Assembly: GCA_950097015.1 (NCBI GenBank)
Contig: CATNEN010000031.1
Coordinates: 2,356,001-2,420,000, forward strand
From: Macrostomum hystrix
Taxonomy: Eukaryota; Animalia; Platyhelminthes
DNA length: 64,000 nucleotides
Direction of reading: 5' to 3'
Shown here one piece after another: positions 25,341 through 37,800 of this stretch (its first letter is position 1; the number at the start of each line of letters is the position of its first letter). The position numbers and the translations under genes are program-made. The notes below the pieces were generated by a model. That model saw only the letters and a program-made list of their open reading frames with translations. It was not told the DNA's origin and searched no databases.

Positions 25341-26788
25341 AGGCCACTGCCCTGAGGCCCATAGTTTGAATGCAAAAACACAATAGCTATTTTTCTTTTG
25401 GTCAGTCTTAATTTTCTCTTTAAATTTAAATATTTCATTATTGTTTTAATGCCTTTGTTTATTTAAAAAAATGTTTATTTTCAAATATTTTTTCACTTAA
25501 AATTAATCTTATGCATGCTACTGTTTTCCTATCGCCTTCTTTTTAAAAAATCAAAATGTTCAGCCTGAAACATAAAATAAACAAAAAAAATCAGCACCCA
25601 ATCAACGTGTGCACCTCAATAATAATAATAACAATAATACTGTTAAAATGAAGATTTAGATTAAGAATGTAAACATGTACTGAACTTCTAATTAGCCACC
25701 ATAATTGTTGCTATTTCTTCTAGAAAAGACTAGTTATTCTATCCGATCAAGATAGCTAAATATGTAAATATTAATGATAAACAACTAAGTGTATAGTTTC
25801 TTCATGCACAGATCATATTGCCTATTGGAATCACTTGGTCCTTGAATTGTGAATGTTTTTATAAATGTGCAACTTAAACTTGCTCATTGTTGTTGTCTGT
25901 AGGGCAGTATGGCCAAAATTAACTGAGATAGTCAGCAAGCAGTTGAAGCTTTGAAAAACTTTGATGAGGGGTTGTAGAGCCCAAACAAAGCTATCCCCCT
26001 AGAAAATGACTGACAGGTATTGAGTCAGAATAGACTGCGAGACTGTTGGAATCAGATGAAAACCTAGTAAGGACTGACCATAAACTGCCAGACTTGGATG
26101 CAAGTTGAACAAAATAGACAGCTAAGCATATAGTTTGCAGCTATATTAAAACTGAGCAAGAAAATGTGTGTTTTGGGTGAGGCAGAAAAACACCCCAAAA
26201 GCCAATCAGGTTTAGACATGTACTAATAGGTAGTATATTGACAAGATATACACAACACTCATATTGTTAACTAAATTTGTTTATTTGTTTATAAATTTAT
26301 AATATTACTAGTCTAGAAAAGCTAGGCCTAGCTATAAATTAGTATATATGATTAATAAATAAATTGTAAGAACCCTGTTGGCATTGGCATATCATTTGGT
26401 GACAATTGACCCACAAATAACAACTGAGGCAGTTCTACTCCAACGAATGATTGACTCCTGAACACACCCACATAGATATGATATGCAGACATAGGTACTT
26501 GTGAACAAAGTGTTTATCTGCCCTGACTTATCATTGCTCATCATTTTTATTTCATTTTTATTTTATGCTATCAATCATGCAAAAAGCTTTTCTATTGCCT
26601 GAAACAGCTATTTAGATTTCTAGGCCCATATTAAATATTTTTATTAATCCTCATTATTGTTACTTTTGATAAATGTTTACTAGAAAAATAGAAGCAAAGC
26701 AAAGCAAAGCCTGCTAAAGAAGCAAAAATTAGTCACAATATGTAGTATTAATTATTTACTCACAGCAAATATTTTGCTACTTGCGCAG

Positions 26789-27199
26789 ATCAAAATCGAG
26801 ATCGAAATCGGTCACTGGGCAAAGCGAATTTCTGCGGTGCCAACCCAACCAGTGCTGCCAACCTCTGCAGTACAGAATGCCACCCACATCTGGAAGGTGT
26901 GGGTGTGCGGCCGCCGAGGCCAACTGGAGTCCTTTGTCGAACGGGTGGTGTTCCAGCTGCACCCGACATTTCCAAATCCGATTCGAGTTGTCAGCAGGCC
27001 GCCATTCGAAATCGAAGAGAAAGCGTTCGGCACTTTTCCAATGAAGATTGAGCTGCATTTCAACGACTCAATGGCCGGATTTGAGTACGAAGTATTCCTA
27101 ATGCTGGATAAGGACATCAACTGCAAGTCCATCAAATCGTTCGCCATCGCTAACCCGAGGCCGCCAGAGTTCAGAGAGAAACTCATTCAGGCTGGCGGG
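26789..27199 (+). CDS. MLLT3: AF9/ENL (MLLT3/MLLT1)-like protein, YEATS-domain exon
   Basis: Acceptor ttgcgcag, donor GGG|GTGAGT. IKIEIEIGH...THIWKVWV...ERVVFQLHPTFPNPIR...PPFEIEE...NPRPPEFREKLIQAGG aligns to the AF9/ENL YEATS domain. Confidence 0.9.
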
Positions 27200-27457
27200 G
27201 TGAGTGTCCCGTAGCTTCTTCTTCAGTTCGCATTAGCCCATCGGTTAATAATAATAATAATAATAATTGCATGAGGGCTGCGGGCAATGGCTCCTCATTT
27301 AGTGATACTAGACCCGCAGCCAGCGAGGAGGCAATTCTGCCCATTTCGCTGACTCCTGAGCACACACGCACACAGATACTGTACGCAGGCATACGCTCAC
27401 ACAGGTGTGTACATCTGCCCTGACTTTCTCATCGTCAGGCAGTGTACACTCTCACTG

Positions 27458-27615
27458 TGCCTTGGAGATTGGCCCTCAAAAGCGTAAATTGCACGACAAG
27501 CCCCCAAGCCTTCTCTCCGCGGCTGCGCCCCAAAAAATTTGGCCTCGACGTGGAATCGAACTCAGGGACCTTGGAGCGAGAGGCAAACGCGTCGACCGCT
27601 CTGCCACTCACCCCA
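27458..27615 (-). mobile_element. tRNA-derived SINE, copy 1
   Basis: Minus-strand head with Pol III A box TGGCAGAGCGG and B box GTTCGATTC, then a non-tRNA body shared with copy 2. Confidence 0.7.
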
Positions 27616-27675
27616 ATGACAGTAGTTTAATATGTCTTTAATTAACTGAGCGGTAGATTCTGTGACTGTAGATTC

Positions 27676-27835
27676 TGCCTTGGAGATTGGCCCTCAAAAG
27701 CGTAAATTGCACGACAAGCCCCCAAGCCTTCTCTCCGCGGCTGCGCCCCAAATAAATGTGGCCTCGCCGTGGAATCGAACTTAGGGACCGTGGTGCGAGA
27801 GGCAAACGCGATAACCGCTCTGCCACCGACCCCCC
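27676..27835 (-). mobile_element. tRNA-derived SINE, copy 2
   Basis: Same A/B boxes; body nearly identical to copy 1; short CAGAATCTAC duplicated tail. Confidence 0.7.
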
Positions 27836-27970
27836 AAGCCCATAGATTACAGTTTCTGACAACTGTCTGTGAGGTCTGAAGTTCGAATCTCAAACCAGGG
27901 GAAATGACTTTTAGAGATATCCAACACGGTTAGTCCCCATAATCCGTTCCCTTTATTAACAGTAGAACTA

Positions 27971-28428
27971 CCAAGGGGGGAGTCCCTCTGGCAATTTTTG
28001 CTGCACCCAAACGTAGCAACACAAGCACACGGAACTCAAGAACAAGGGCCAACTTTTTGTTGCGCATCTTCTGAAACAAGAATCAAGTCACCAGCTCTTC
28101 AGACCGTCGAGATATTCAAGAGTTCTAGCCGAAGGTCAGATTTTTCCCATAAGCGCTAGTGTATTTCATACACCCCTATGCATGAATTTGCGCCTCAATG
28201 CGGCCTTCCTAGGCCTTCAAAATTTATCAGCATGTCACCCGAATGTGCCTGCATTATCTCCGTCTTCGGTGGTCACCTACCTTTATGTAGGGACTGCAGG
28301 ACCTTCAAGGGCAGCAAAAAGTGGAAATAGGTTGCTATGGAAACCCTCTAGTCCGTCACAACTCAAAGCTGTTAGCATTCGGGCGCTGCCAAAAAATTTC
28401 AGGGGGGGCGGAAATTCTCCCTCCTTGG
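27971..28428. mobile_element. MITE-like element, about 460 bp, with 12-bp terminal inverted repeats, flanked by TA
   Basis: Left end CCAAGGGGGGAG versus reverse complement of right end CCAAGGAGGGAG (11/12), TA on both flanks, weak subterminal similarity, no ORF. Confidence 0.5.
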
Positions 28429-28743
28429 TATAAAACGGGCGGCAAAATGGCTTTGTAGTTCTTCTGTTAATAAACAGCTGTGCCTTTCGATGCACCGTGC
28501 AATAGCAATGACTGTGCGACTGGCCCAATCGAATTAGGTGTTATTAGTATACATATGTAGGTAAGTAATAAGCTACCCGACGAACTCGAATCCGAATCGG
28601 GAATTAACTCCCCAGCGCCCTCATGAGGTCCAACATCTCAAGGCACAGATGAGAAATTCATGGTTAATGTACGCATCTGCGGCTGTGTGTACCTGGGTTC
28701 AGCAAATCAGGGCCCACCCACCCACCCCACCGCCCATCCGCAG

Positions 28744-30588
28744 GTGGTGGTGGATCCCTCAGAAGAGGCGCTGGCCGGCCCAGCCGAGGTGAAGCTGACC
28801 AAGTCTGGCAAACAGTCATCCGGCACCAGCAGTTTGTCTCGGCACAAGAGCAAGTCAAAGTCTGCGGCCGCCCACCTGACGGCGACCATGTCAGACGATC
28901 AGGCGTTCCCCTCGCCGGCTTCCTCCTCCGCAGACGAGCTGCTGCTGACTGGGCAGGCGCCATCAACAGGCTCTTTAGTCTCTTCCCTGCCGCAGTCACC
29001 GTTATCAACAATGTCCGGCTCCGACTTGACCGGCGCTCGAAGCATCGTCGGCAGCCGACTGGCCTCGCCTAGCAAGGCCAAACTGAGAGAGTCCGGCGTC
29101 GGCTTCGGGCAGCAGCAGGCCAGGCCCAAGGCTCAGTCCTCCGCTCTGGTTGTCAAATCTGAGCCATTCCTCGATGCTGGCGGCCTGCCGCCTCCGCTGC
29201 CGCCGCCACCGCCACCGCCTGCGGTGCCACGGGTTGCTGAACTGCGTGCTGACGATTCTAAGAGTGAAAAGCTGGTGCTGAAGATCTCCAAGAGTCCTGT
29301 TAAATCCTCGCCAGCTACTGTTGCACCGGCTGCTCCGCCAGCGCAGACGGTGAAGAGTGAGGCGATGTTTGTTGAAACCTACAGCAATTCTCAGTCGTTT
29401 AGCTATTCGGAGCAGCAACAGCAGCAGCAGCACCAGATGCACAGCTGGTCAGCGCCGCCGCAGCCGCAGCCCTCGCCAGCCGTAGCTGTAGTTGCCCCGC
29501 ACGTCACAGTCGACGCCTACAATATGCTGCCGGCTTTTCATCCGCAGCCGCAGCCTCAGGCGCAAATGCAGACAGTGCCGTCCACGGAGTCGCCCTCATC
29601 GTCCGCTCTACCCGCTCCCTGGCAGGCCAGTGTCGTCAGCGGCGCGGCCACCGAGAGCGAGGACGATCGCCGTAGGCGCAAAAAAGAGAAGCGCAAGAAG
29701 GACAAAGACCGGCACCATCGGCATCATCGGAGGCGGCACCGGAGTCGCCTAACCGACGACGTCGCCAGTGCTGGCGGCGCCTCGGACAGCGACGAACAGC
29801 GGCGTCACGAGCGCCGGCATCGGATTCGGCATCACCATCAGCAAAGCGAGCACCAGAGCCAGGACGATACCGAGGACAGCGTCGGCAGTAAGAGAAGGCG
29901 GCGTGACGAGGAACGCGACTTCGACATTCAGCATGATGCCGTGCTGAACCCTGGAGGTCGACCATCGACTGGCGACATCGGGAACAATGTCGGACTGGTG
30001 ACAGTTGCACCTCCGCCTACAGCCGCTGCTCCGCCTCCTGTACCGCTACCGCCGCCGCCGCCAATGCTGGAAGCGGAGCCGCCTATGCTGAGTCCCTATC
30101 TGCAGTCGGCTGTGGTGGCACACAAAAGAGACCCGGAGCTAATGTCCCAGACTAGCGTTGAAAGCACCGGTTTTCGGCCGCCAACTGCCGATCGGGTCAG
30201 CGGCGCATCGTCCACGGATTCTTCCCCACTGGCTGCCGCTTCTATCCCGATCTCGGCCGCTGCGATGGCCGCCGAGGCGGCAGCGGCAGCGGCGGCTGCG
30301 TCTGCATCTACAAGCAGTACGACGTCTGTTTACGCCCGACATCCCAAGTACCAGTGGTCGGCTCAGACAGGTCTCAGCAGGGAGGAGTATGACAAGAGAT
30401 TTCAGCTGTGCCTGCTCGCCGCCTCGCTGGAAGATCCAGCTAGGCTAGAACGGCTGGCGGCTGTCCTGGCCGACTCCGAGGCCCTGACTGAGCGGGATGG
30501 CGAGTACGCGCACTTCGACTTGGCTAGACTGAACCCAGACTGTGTGCGACGGCTGGCTTCGCTACTGATGCCCGACACCGCTTCCTGA
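28744..30588 (+). CDS. MLLT3: AF9/ENL-like protein, last exon: low-complexity linker and C-terminal AHD (ANC1 homology domain)
   Basis: Acceptor ccatccgcag, phase 0. C-terminus YDKRFQLCLLAASLEDPARLERLAAVLADSEAL...HFDLARLNPDCVRRLASLL matches the AHD pattern (FDFDLCSLDKTTVRKLQSYL in human AF9). TGA at 30586-30588. Confidence 0.88.
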   Translation: MVVDPSEEALAGPAEVKLTKSGKQSSGTSSLSRHKSKSKSAAAHLTATMSDDQAFPSPASSSADELLLTGQAPSTGSLVSSLPQSPLSTMSGSDLTGARSIVGSRLASPSKAKLRESGVGFGQQQARPKAQSSALVVKSEPFLDAGGLPPPLPPPPPPPAVPRVAELRADDSKSEKLVLKISKSPVKSSPATVAPAAPPAQTVKSEAMFVETYSNSQSFSYSEQQQQQQHQMHSWSAPPQPQPSPAVAVVAPHVTVDAYNMLPAFHPQPQPQAQMQTVPSTESPSSSALPAPWQASVVSGAATESEDDRRRRKKEKRKKDKDRHHRHHRRRHRSRLTDDVASAGGASDSDEQRRHERRHRIRHHHQQSEHQSQDDTEDSVGSKRRRRDEERDFDIQHDAVLNPGGRPSTGDIGNNVGLVTVAPPPTAAAPPPVPLPPPPPMLEAEPPMLSPYLQSAVVAHKRDPELMSQTSVESTGFRPPTADRVSGASSTDSSPLAAASIPISAAAMAAEAAAAAAAASASTSSTTSVYARHPKYQWSAQTGLSREEYDKRFQLCLLAASLEDPARLERLAAVLADSEALTERDGEYAHFDLARLNPDCVRRLASLLMPDTAS

Positions 30589-30624
30589 CTAGGCTGCTTG
30601 GCTTGACTGAACTGGACTTGGTTG

Positions 30625-30735
30625 TGTGCTGAGTAGGTGTGCTCACTTGCCAGGTGTGAGGCAGTGCTTCATGCTGAGTAGGTGTGCTCACTTGCCAGGT
30701 GTGAGGCAGTGCTTCATGCTGAGTAGGTGTGCTCA
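30625..30735. repeat. Short tandem repeat, 45-bp unit x about 2.5, in the presumed AF9/ENL 3' UTR
   Basis: Direct repeat TGCTGAGTAGGTGTGCTCACTTGCCAGGTGTGAGGCAGTGCTTCA. Confidence 0.85.
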
Positions 30736-31449
30736 ATTGCTGTTAGAAGTCTCGCATGAATCTAAGCGCTGCCTAGAAATTTTTGCAAAGAAATAGAATA
30801 AGTCTTGCATTGTTCTTGCAGTTTGGCCAGCATTTGCAGCCGGATATCTAATATATTCGCCATTCATTATTCAGGCTTTTGTGATGTACTGGTATCTCAT
30901 TTCTAATATTTCATTCCACCGTGAGTTTGTTTGTTGTGCCTGCTAATACTGCTGATTTGGCTAAAGCTTATTCACGAATAATATATGTGTTTTAGCTCCT
31001 GCCACATTAATTCTGACAGCTACGGGAGTAGAATGTGCTAAAAAATGCGAGACACAACTTTTACAAAGATGGATCTGATGACTTATTTGAGTTTTTACTC
31101 GATTTAAAGTGTGCTTATTGCGCAATTTATTGTCTCTGTGTTTATTGTCCAGCTCAACTAAGCTTGTATTAATCAACGTTTCTCATCATTGGTGTCCTGC
31201 TTGACTGGCAGTAGCCGTTTAATTCTATAGCTAATACAAGATGACATTTAGTATCTGTGTGTTGTCATTATGGATTAAATATATGCTAGAAAAACAAATG
31301 CTTTGCAACCCATTCACCGATAAACGTTTTGTGAATTTCTTGGAACTTTTTACAACATCTTTTGACTTTGAGTAACTAAGCTAATGATCTGTGACAGATC
31401 TTGAGTATATCTTAAGTTCTCATGATTTGATCAGGGTTTAACATATATT

Positions 31450-32100
31450 CAATCAGGATTCCACTGACATTTGAATAGGATTCCACTGAGATTCAATCAG
31501 GATTCCACTGAGATTTGATAAGGATTCCACTGAGATTTGAATAGGATTCCACTGAGATTTGAATAGGATTCCACTGAGATTTGAATATGATTCCACAGAG
31601 ATCTAAATAGGATTCCACTGAGATTTGAATATGATTCCACTGAGATTTAAATATGATTCCACTGAGATTTGAATAGGATTCCACTGAGATTTGAATAGGA
31701 TTCCACTGAGATTTAAATATGATTCCACTGAGATTTGAATAGGATTCCACTGAGATTTGAATAGGATTCCACTGAGATTCAATCAGGATTCCACAGAGAT
31801 TTGATAAGGATTCCACTAAGATTTGAATAGGATTCCACTGAGATTTTAATATGATTCCACTAAGATTTTAATAGGATTCCACTAAGATTTAAATAGGATT
31901 CCACTGAGATTTGAATATGATTCCACTGAGATTTGAATATGATTCCACTGAGATTTGAATATGATTTCACTGAGATTTGAATATGATTCCACTGAGATTT
32001 GAATAGGATTTCACTGAGATTTGAATAGGATTCCACTGAGATTTGAATAGGATTCCATTGAGATTTGAATAGGATTCCACTGAGATTTGAATAGGATTCG
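31450..32100. repeat. Minisatellite, 22-bp unit (ATAGGATTCCACTGAGATTTGA), about 29 copies
   Basis: Direct periodicity. Confidence 0.95.
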
Positions 32101-33424
32101 GGTGATTATCAGTCAAGCTAAAAGAAGGAATTTCTCGATAGGAATTTCTCGTTAAGCAGCTTTAAGTGCAACCACAGGTGAAACACACTGCTAAAATTGT
32201 TTTTAATCGCATTTGATATATTTTTTAGAAATCTCAAAAGGAAAGAAAATGTCAAATAGAAAAAGCAAAGTTAAAAAATGGTGTGCGCTGGTCCAATTAC
32301 CAAAATAAGTTAAACAAGGATCGGCAGCTGTTATCAATGTAACATCAGCAAAAGACAGAGTCAATCTTTCTTTTGTCTGTCTAAACCTACTGATTGTGTC
32401 TCTCTGTGAAAAGAAGTATGTCCGCAGACCAGTCGATGTCTCCTGTACTATTCAAGCCATCTCACAGTGCACAAAGTGGGTGCATTTCTTGGATCTGACA
32501 CGCGAGTACAACAAAAAATGAATTACATCAATTATAGCAATAAAAGTTATCGGGGTGCATGCGTGTTCATGAACACAAGACAAATACAGAAGTGGACACT
32601 TGGGCGCAATACCAGATTGAAAGAGAGGTTATGGAACAAAGACCAAAAAGATGTTGTTAAAATGGCATTGCTTCATTCCACGGGGCATCTCTGTGAACTC
32701 TGCTAGCCAAAATGCCATCCCCAGCAATACAAAAAGAAGCAAAAGTAATTAAGCTTCCCGCCGTTAAGCAGCCCTGCTTTCTAAGAAAGATTTTCTGGGT
32801 TCGTCGAACATTTTTTTAGTCGAACAGGTATTTTCCGTATTTTTTGAAAAAGAGCTACAGACTTGCTGCGCAACAAAATAGATCCAGACGTCACAATAGA
32901 AAAAGCATTACAAAATATTTGCTTGCGCACTTGGTCTAACGCTAGTCTAGACCGTGACACTTTTAATCATAAAAACCTCTTTGATAAAAATTGGAATCTG
33001 TATGGATTTAGCATTAGAAAAAGTGGACCTACTATATAATAAAAATATGCATAACAATTTGCATAACAATAAACAGCTATTGCAGGAAAACAAATAGTCG
33101 GGTAAGGAAGGACTAATGAATCATAGATAAAACACGATAGATAGCAACAATTATTAAGGACAGTGCTGAAACAATACAAAAAGGACAAGTGATAATAAGG
33201 GGGGGGTTAAATTGCACGAATAAATAATGACAGCTGAGCACGAAAAACGCAAATACCCCACTTATTTAGTAATGTACACACAGATATTTTTTCAGTTTTT
33301 AATAGAAAAAGTCTTGAAAAATGTACCGTAATTGCAACTTGGAGTACGAACGAAACCAGCCAGTCGTTATTGTTTCGCTATAAGCTTTCGAAAATTCACG
33401 GTGTGTTCATTTTTCTCTCCGTTT

Positions 33425-33790
33425 AGTGCAGCACCCGCCACCCCAATTCCCATCTCTCCATTGGCTGGTGCAGCCACCTCCCCATCTTCCATCTCTCCAT
33501 TGGCTGCAGCACCCACCTCCCCTCTTCTATCTCTCCATAGGCTGCAGCACCCACCTCCCCATTTTCTATCTCTCCATAGGCTGCAGCACCCACCTCCCCA
33601 TCTTCTATCTCTTCATAGGCTGCTGCACCCCCCTCACCATCTTCTATCTCTCCATTGGCTGCTGCACCCACCTCACCATCTTCTATCTCTCCATTGGCTG
33701 CAGCACCCACCTCCCCATCTTCTATCTCTCCATAGGCTGCAGCACCCCCTCACCTTCTTCTATCTCTCCATTGGCTGCTGCACGCACCAC
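33425..33790. repeat. Minisatellite, 39-bp unit, about 9 degenerate copies
   Basis: 13-residue periodicity in ORFs 33332-33845. Confidence 0.9.
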
Positions 33791-34245
33791 CCCATTTAAA
33801 AAACTCGGTCGGCCAATTCAGTGCTTTGCTGGCGTTGCTGGTTAAACTTGTAGGTAGATAAGGGAGAATCACTTTTCTGGCACAAAAAAAAGATTTCAGA
33901 TTTCAGAATGATGTTGCTATTAAAGAGATTGGCTGGTAATTGCCAGATAAATTAATCAGAACCGCTCTAATGCAAAAAATTATTACGCATCATAAAGTTC
34001 TTAGTGTTGAAGAGAATTACAGAATAATAAAGCTTACTTAGAAAAATCAAGCTTATTTAGTACATTGGTAAAAATTTTTTTATGAATTTAAATATTCCAA
34101 TTGATATTTAACGGAATCTCAGTTAATACTTCATAGAATCTTGATGAGATAATTCAATAAAATCTGCATTGCTGACCAACTTAATGTCGATTGGTCGAAA
34201 AATTCTCAAAATTATCCATGTGAACCAAAGCAGCTGTCAATCATG

Positions 34246-34770
34246 TCACCACCTATACGGCACCGTCCTGGGTCGGTCGGCGCCCTCCTTAACCAGCGGC
34301 TTGTGAAACTGCCTGCCCAGACTGTCGTGAATGGCGGCCCAGCAGTGGTCGCAGTAGTACTGCAGGCAGGCTACGTTGGCGCAGAAGAACGGCGCGTACT
34401 TTCCGCCGCACATGGCGCCGCCGCACTCGTCGCACATCTGGTCGTCCAGGACGTAGGGCTTCACTTCGACGCGCTTGTCGATCTCGCCGCCCTGGCGCAG
34501 CTGCACGAATCTGGCCCCGATGGCGGCGATGTAGCTCTGCTGGCTGCTGAAGGCCACGCGGCCGGCGCCTTTCGGATACTTCAGCTCCGGGTCAGTGTCG
34601 ATGCCGGCGTAGCAGACGCCGCCATACAGACGGTTCATTAGGAGGGCCAGCTCGCTAGCGCGCAGCGGGCGCGGCACGCCGCCAACAAAGATGGTCTTGC
34701 GCGGATCCAATGGCTGGCTGGAGTCCAGCACAAAGTCCGAGTCGGCCAGGTTCCACGGCCGGATTTGCAC
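34246..34770 (-). CDS. CPEB: CPEB2/3/4 (Orb2)-type cytoplasmic polyadenylation element-binding protein, last exon (RRM2 and ZZ-type zinc-binding domain)
   Basis: Acceptor ttgcccag. VQIRPWNLADSDFVLDSSQPLDPRKTIFVGGVPRPLRA...CDEC...C...CLQYYCDHCW..IH...HKPLVKEG is near-identical to CPEB2-4/Orb2. TGA at 34248-34246. Confidence 0.96.
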   Translation of the reverse strand: MQIRPWNLADSDFVLDSSQPLDPRKTIFVGGVPRPLRASELALLMNRLYGGVCYAGIDTDPELKYPKGAGRVAFSSQQSYIAAIGARFVQLRQGGEIDKRVEVKPYVLDDQMCDECGGAMCGGKYAPFFCANVACLQYYCDHCWAAIHDSLGRQFHKPLVKEGADRPRTVPYRW

Positions 34771-34809
34771 CTGGGCAATTGGTGGTTGTCAACAGGATGA
34801 TGGAAACTT

Positions 34810-37800
34810 GAGGAGGTGTCAGGTCCCATCTTTCAGTCAAGGGAGAAGGTGTCAGGTCCAATCTTTCAGTCGAGGGAGAAGGTGTCAGGTCCAATCTTTC
34901 AGTCGAGGGAGGAGGTGTCAGGTCCAATCTTTCAATCGAGGGAGGAGGTGTCAGGTCCAATCTTTCAGTCGAGGGAGGTGTCAGGTCCAATCTTTCAGTC
35001 GAGGGAGGAGGTGTCAGGTCCAATCTTTCAGTCGAGGGAGGAGGTGTCAGGTCCAATCTTTCAATCGAGGGAGGAGGTGTCAGGTCCAATCTTTAAGTCG
35101 AGGGAGGAGGTGTCAGGTCCAATCTTTCAGTCGAGGGAGGAGGTGTCAGGTCCAATCTTTCAGTCGAGGGAGGAGGTGTCAGGTCCAATCTTTCAGTCGA
35201 GGGAGGAGGTGTCAGGTCCAATCTTTCAATCGAGGGAGGAGGTGTCAGGTCCAATCTTTCAGTCGAGGGAGGAGGTGTCAGGTCCAATCTTTCAGTCGAG
35301 GGAGGAGGTGTCAGGTCCAATCTTTCAGTCGAGGGAGGAGGTGTCAGGTCCAATCTTTCAATCGAGGGAGGAGGTGTCAGGTCCAATCTTTAAGTCGAGG
35401 GAGGAGGTGTCAGGTCCAATCTTTCAGTCGAGGGAGAAGGTGTCAGGTCCAATCTTTCAGTCGAGGGAGGAGGTGTCAGGTCCAATCTTTCAGTCGAGGG
35501 AGGAGGTGTCAGGTCCAATCTTTCAATCGAGGGAGGAGGTGTCAGGTCCAATCTTTAATTCGAGGGAAGTGTCAGGTCCAATCTTTCAGTCGAGGGAGGA
35601 GGTGTCAGGTCCAATCTTTCACTCGAGGGTCGAGGTATCAGGTCCGATCTTTCAGTCGAGGGAGAAGGTGTCAGGTCCAATCTTTCAATCGAGGGAGGAG
35701 GTGTCAGGTCCAATCTTTCAGTCGAGGGAGGAGGTGTCAGGTCCAATATTTCAGTCGAGGGAGGAGGTGTCAGGTCCAATCTTTCAATCGAGGGAGGAGG
35801 TGTCAGGTCCAATCTTTCAATCGAGGGAGGAGGTGTCAGGTCCAATCTTTAAGTCGAGGGAGGAGGTGTCAGGTCCAATCTTTCAGTCGAGGGAGGAGGT
35901 GTCAGGTCCAATCTTTCAGTCGAGGGAGGAGGTGTCAGGTCCAATCTTTCAGTCGAGGGAGGAGGTGTCAGGTCCAATCTTTCAGTCGAGGGAGGAGGTG
36001 TCAGGTCCAATCTTTCAGTCGAGGGAGGAGGTGTCAGGTCCAATCTTTCAATCGAGGGAGGAGGTGTCAGGTCCAATCTTTAATTCAAGGGAAGTGTCAG
36101 GTCCAATCTTTCACTCGAGGGTCGAGGTATCAGGTCCGATCTTTCAGTCGAGGGAGAAGGTGTCAGGTCCAATCTTTCAGTCGAGGGAGGAGGTGTCAGG
36201 TCCAATCTTTCAATCGAGGAAGGAGGTGTCAGGTCCAATCTTTCAGTCGAGGGTCGAGGTGTCAGGTCCAATCTTTCAGTCGAGGGAGGAGGTGTCAGGT
36301 CCAATCTTTCACTCGAGGGAGGAGGTGTCAGGTCCAATCTTTCAATCGAGGGAGGGGGTGTCAGGTCCAATCTCTAAGTCGAGGGAGGAGGTGTCAGGTC
36401 CAATCTTTCAGTCGAGGGAGAAGGTGTCAGGTCCAATCTTTCAGTCGAGGGAGGAGGTGTCAGGTCCAATCTTTCAGTGGAGGGAGGAGGTCTCAGGTCC
36501 AATCTTTCAATCGAGGGAGGAGGTGTCAGGTCCAATCTTTCAGTCGAGGGAGGAGGTGTCAGGTCCAATCTTTCAGTCGAGGGAGGAGGTGTCAGGTCCA
36601 ATCTTTCAGTCGAGGGAGAAGGTGTCAGGTCCAATCTTTCAGTCGAGGGAGGAGGTGTCAGGTCCAATCTTTCAATCGAGGGAGGAGGTGTCAGGTCCAA
36701 TCTTTAAGTCGAGAGAGGAGGTGTCAGGTCCAATCTTTCAGTCGAGGGAGAAGGTGTCAGGTCCAATCTTTCAGTCGAGGGAGGAGGTGTCAGGTCCAAT
36801 CTTTCAGTCGAGGGAGGAGGTGTCAGGTCCAATCTTTCAATCGAGGGAGGAGGTGTCAGGTCCAATCTTTCAGTCGAGGGAGGAGGTGTCAGGTCCAATC
36901 TTTCAGTCGAGGGAGGAGGTGTCAGGTCCAATCTTTCAGTCGAGGGAGAAGGTGTCAGGTCCAATCTTTCAATCGAGGGAGGAGGTGTCAGGTCCAATCT
37001 TTCAATCGAGGGAGGAGGTGTCAGGTCCAATCTTTCAATCGAGGGTGGAGGTGTCAGGTCCAATCTTTCAATCGAGGGAGGTGTCAGGTCCAATCTTTCA
37101 GTCGAGGGAGGAGGTGTCAGGTCCAATCTTTCAATCGAGGGAGGAGGTGTCAGGTCCAATCTTTCAATCGAGGGAGGTGTCAGGTCCAATCTTTCACTCG
37201 AGGGAGGTGTCAGGTCCAATCTTTCAGTCGAGGGAGGAGGTGTCAGGTCCAATCTTTCAATCGAGGGAGGAGGTGTCAGGTCCAATCTTTCAGTCGAGGG
37301 AGGTGACAGGTCCAATCTTTCACTCGAGGGAGGTGTCAGGTCCAATCTTTCACTCGAGGGAGGTGTCAGGTCCAATCTTTCAGTCGAGGGTCGAGGTATC
37401 AGGTCCAATCTTTCAGTCGAGGGTCGAGGTGTCAGGTCCAATCTTTCAGTCGAGGGTCGAGGTATCAGGTCCAATCTTTCAATCGAGGGAGAAGTTGTCA
37501 GGTCCAATCTTTCAGTCGAGGGAGGAGGTGTCAGGTCCAATCTTTCAATCGAGGGAGGAGGTGTCAGGTCCAATCTTTCGATCGAGGGAGGAGGTGTCAG
37601 GTCCAATCTTTCAATCGAGGGAGGTGTCAGGTCCAATCTTTCAATCGAGGGAGGAGGTGTCAGGTCCAATATTTCAATCGAGGGAGGAGGTGTCAGGTCC
37701 AATCTTTCAATCGAGGATGGAGGTGTCAGGTCCAATCTTTAAGTCGAGGGAGGAGGTGTCAGGTCCAATCTTTCAATCGAGGAAGGAGGTGTCAGGTCCA

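Noticed and set aside
27530-27835. Possible tRNA genes (A and B boxes present)
   Set aside because: I could not form a proper acceptor stem or anticodon arm, and a shared non-tRNA body follows, so they are called SINEs.
32967-33188. 73-aa hydrophobic minus-strand ORF
   Set aside because: It is T-rich low-information sequence in an AT-rich region, with no ATG start and no supporting splice signals.
33800-34245. CPE-like TTTTAT hexamer in the CPEB 3' UTR (autoregulation)
   Set aside because: Such hexamers are expected by chance in this AT-rich stretch, and the poly(A) site is unknown.
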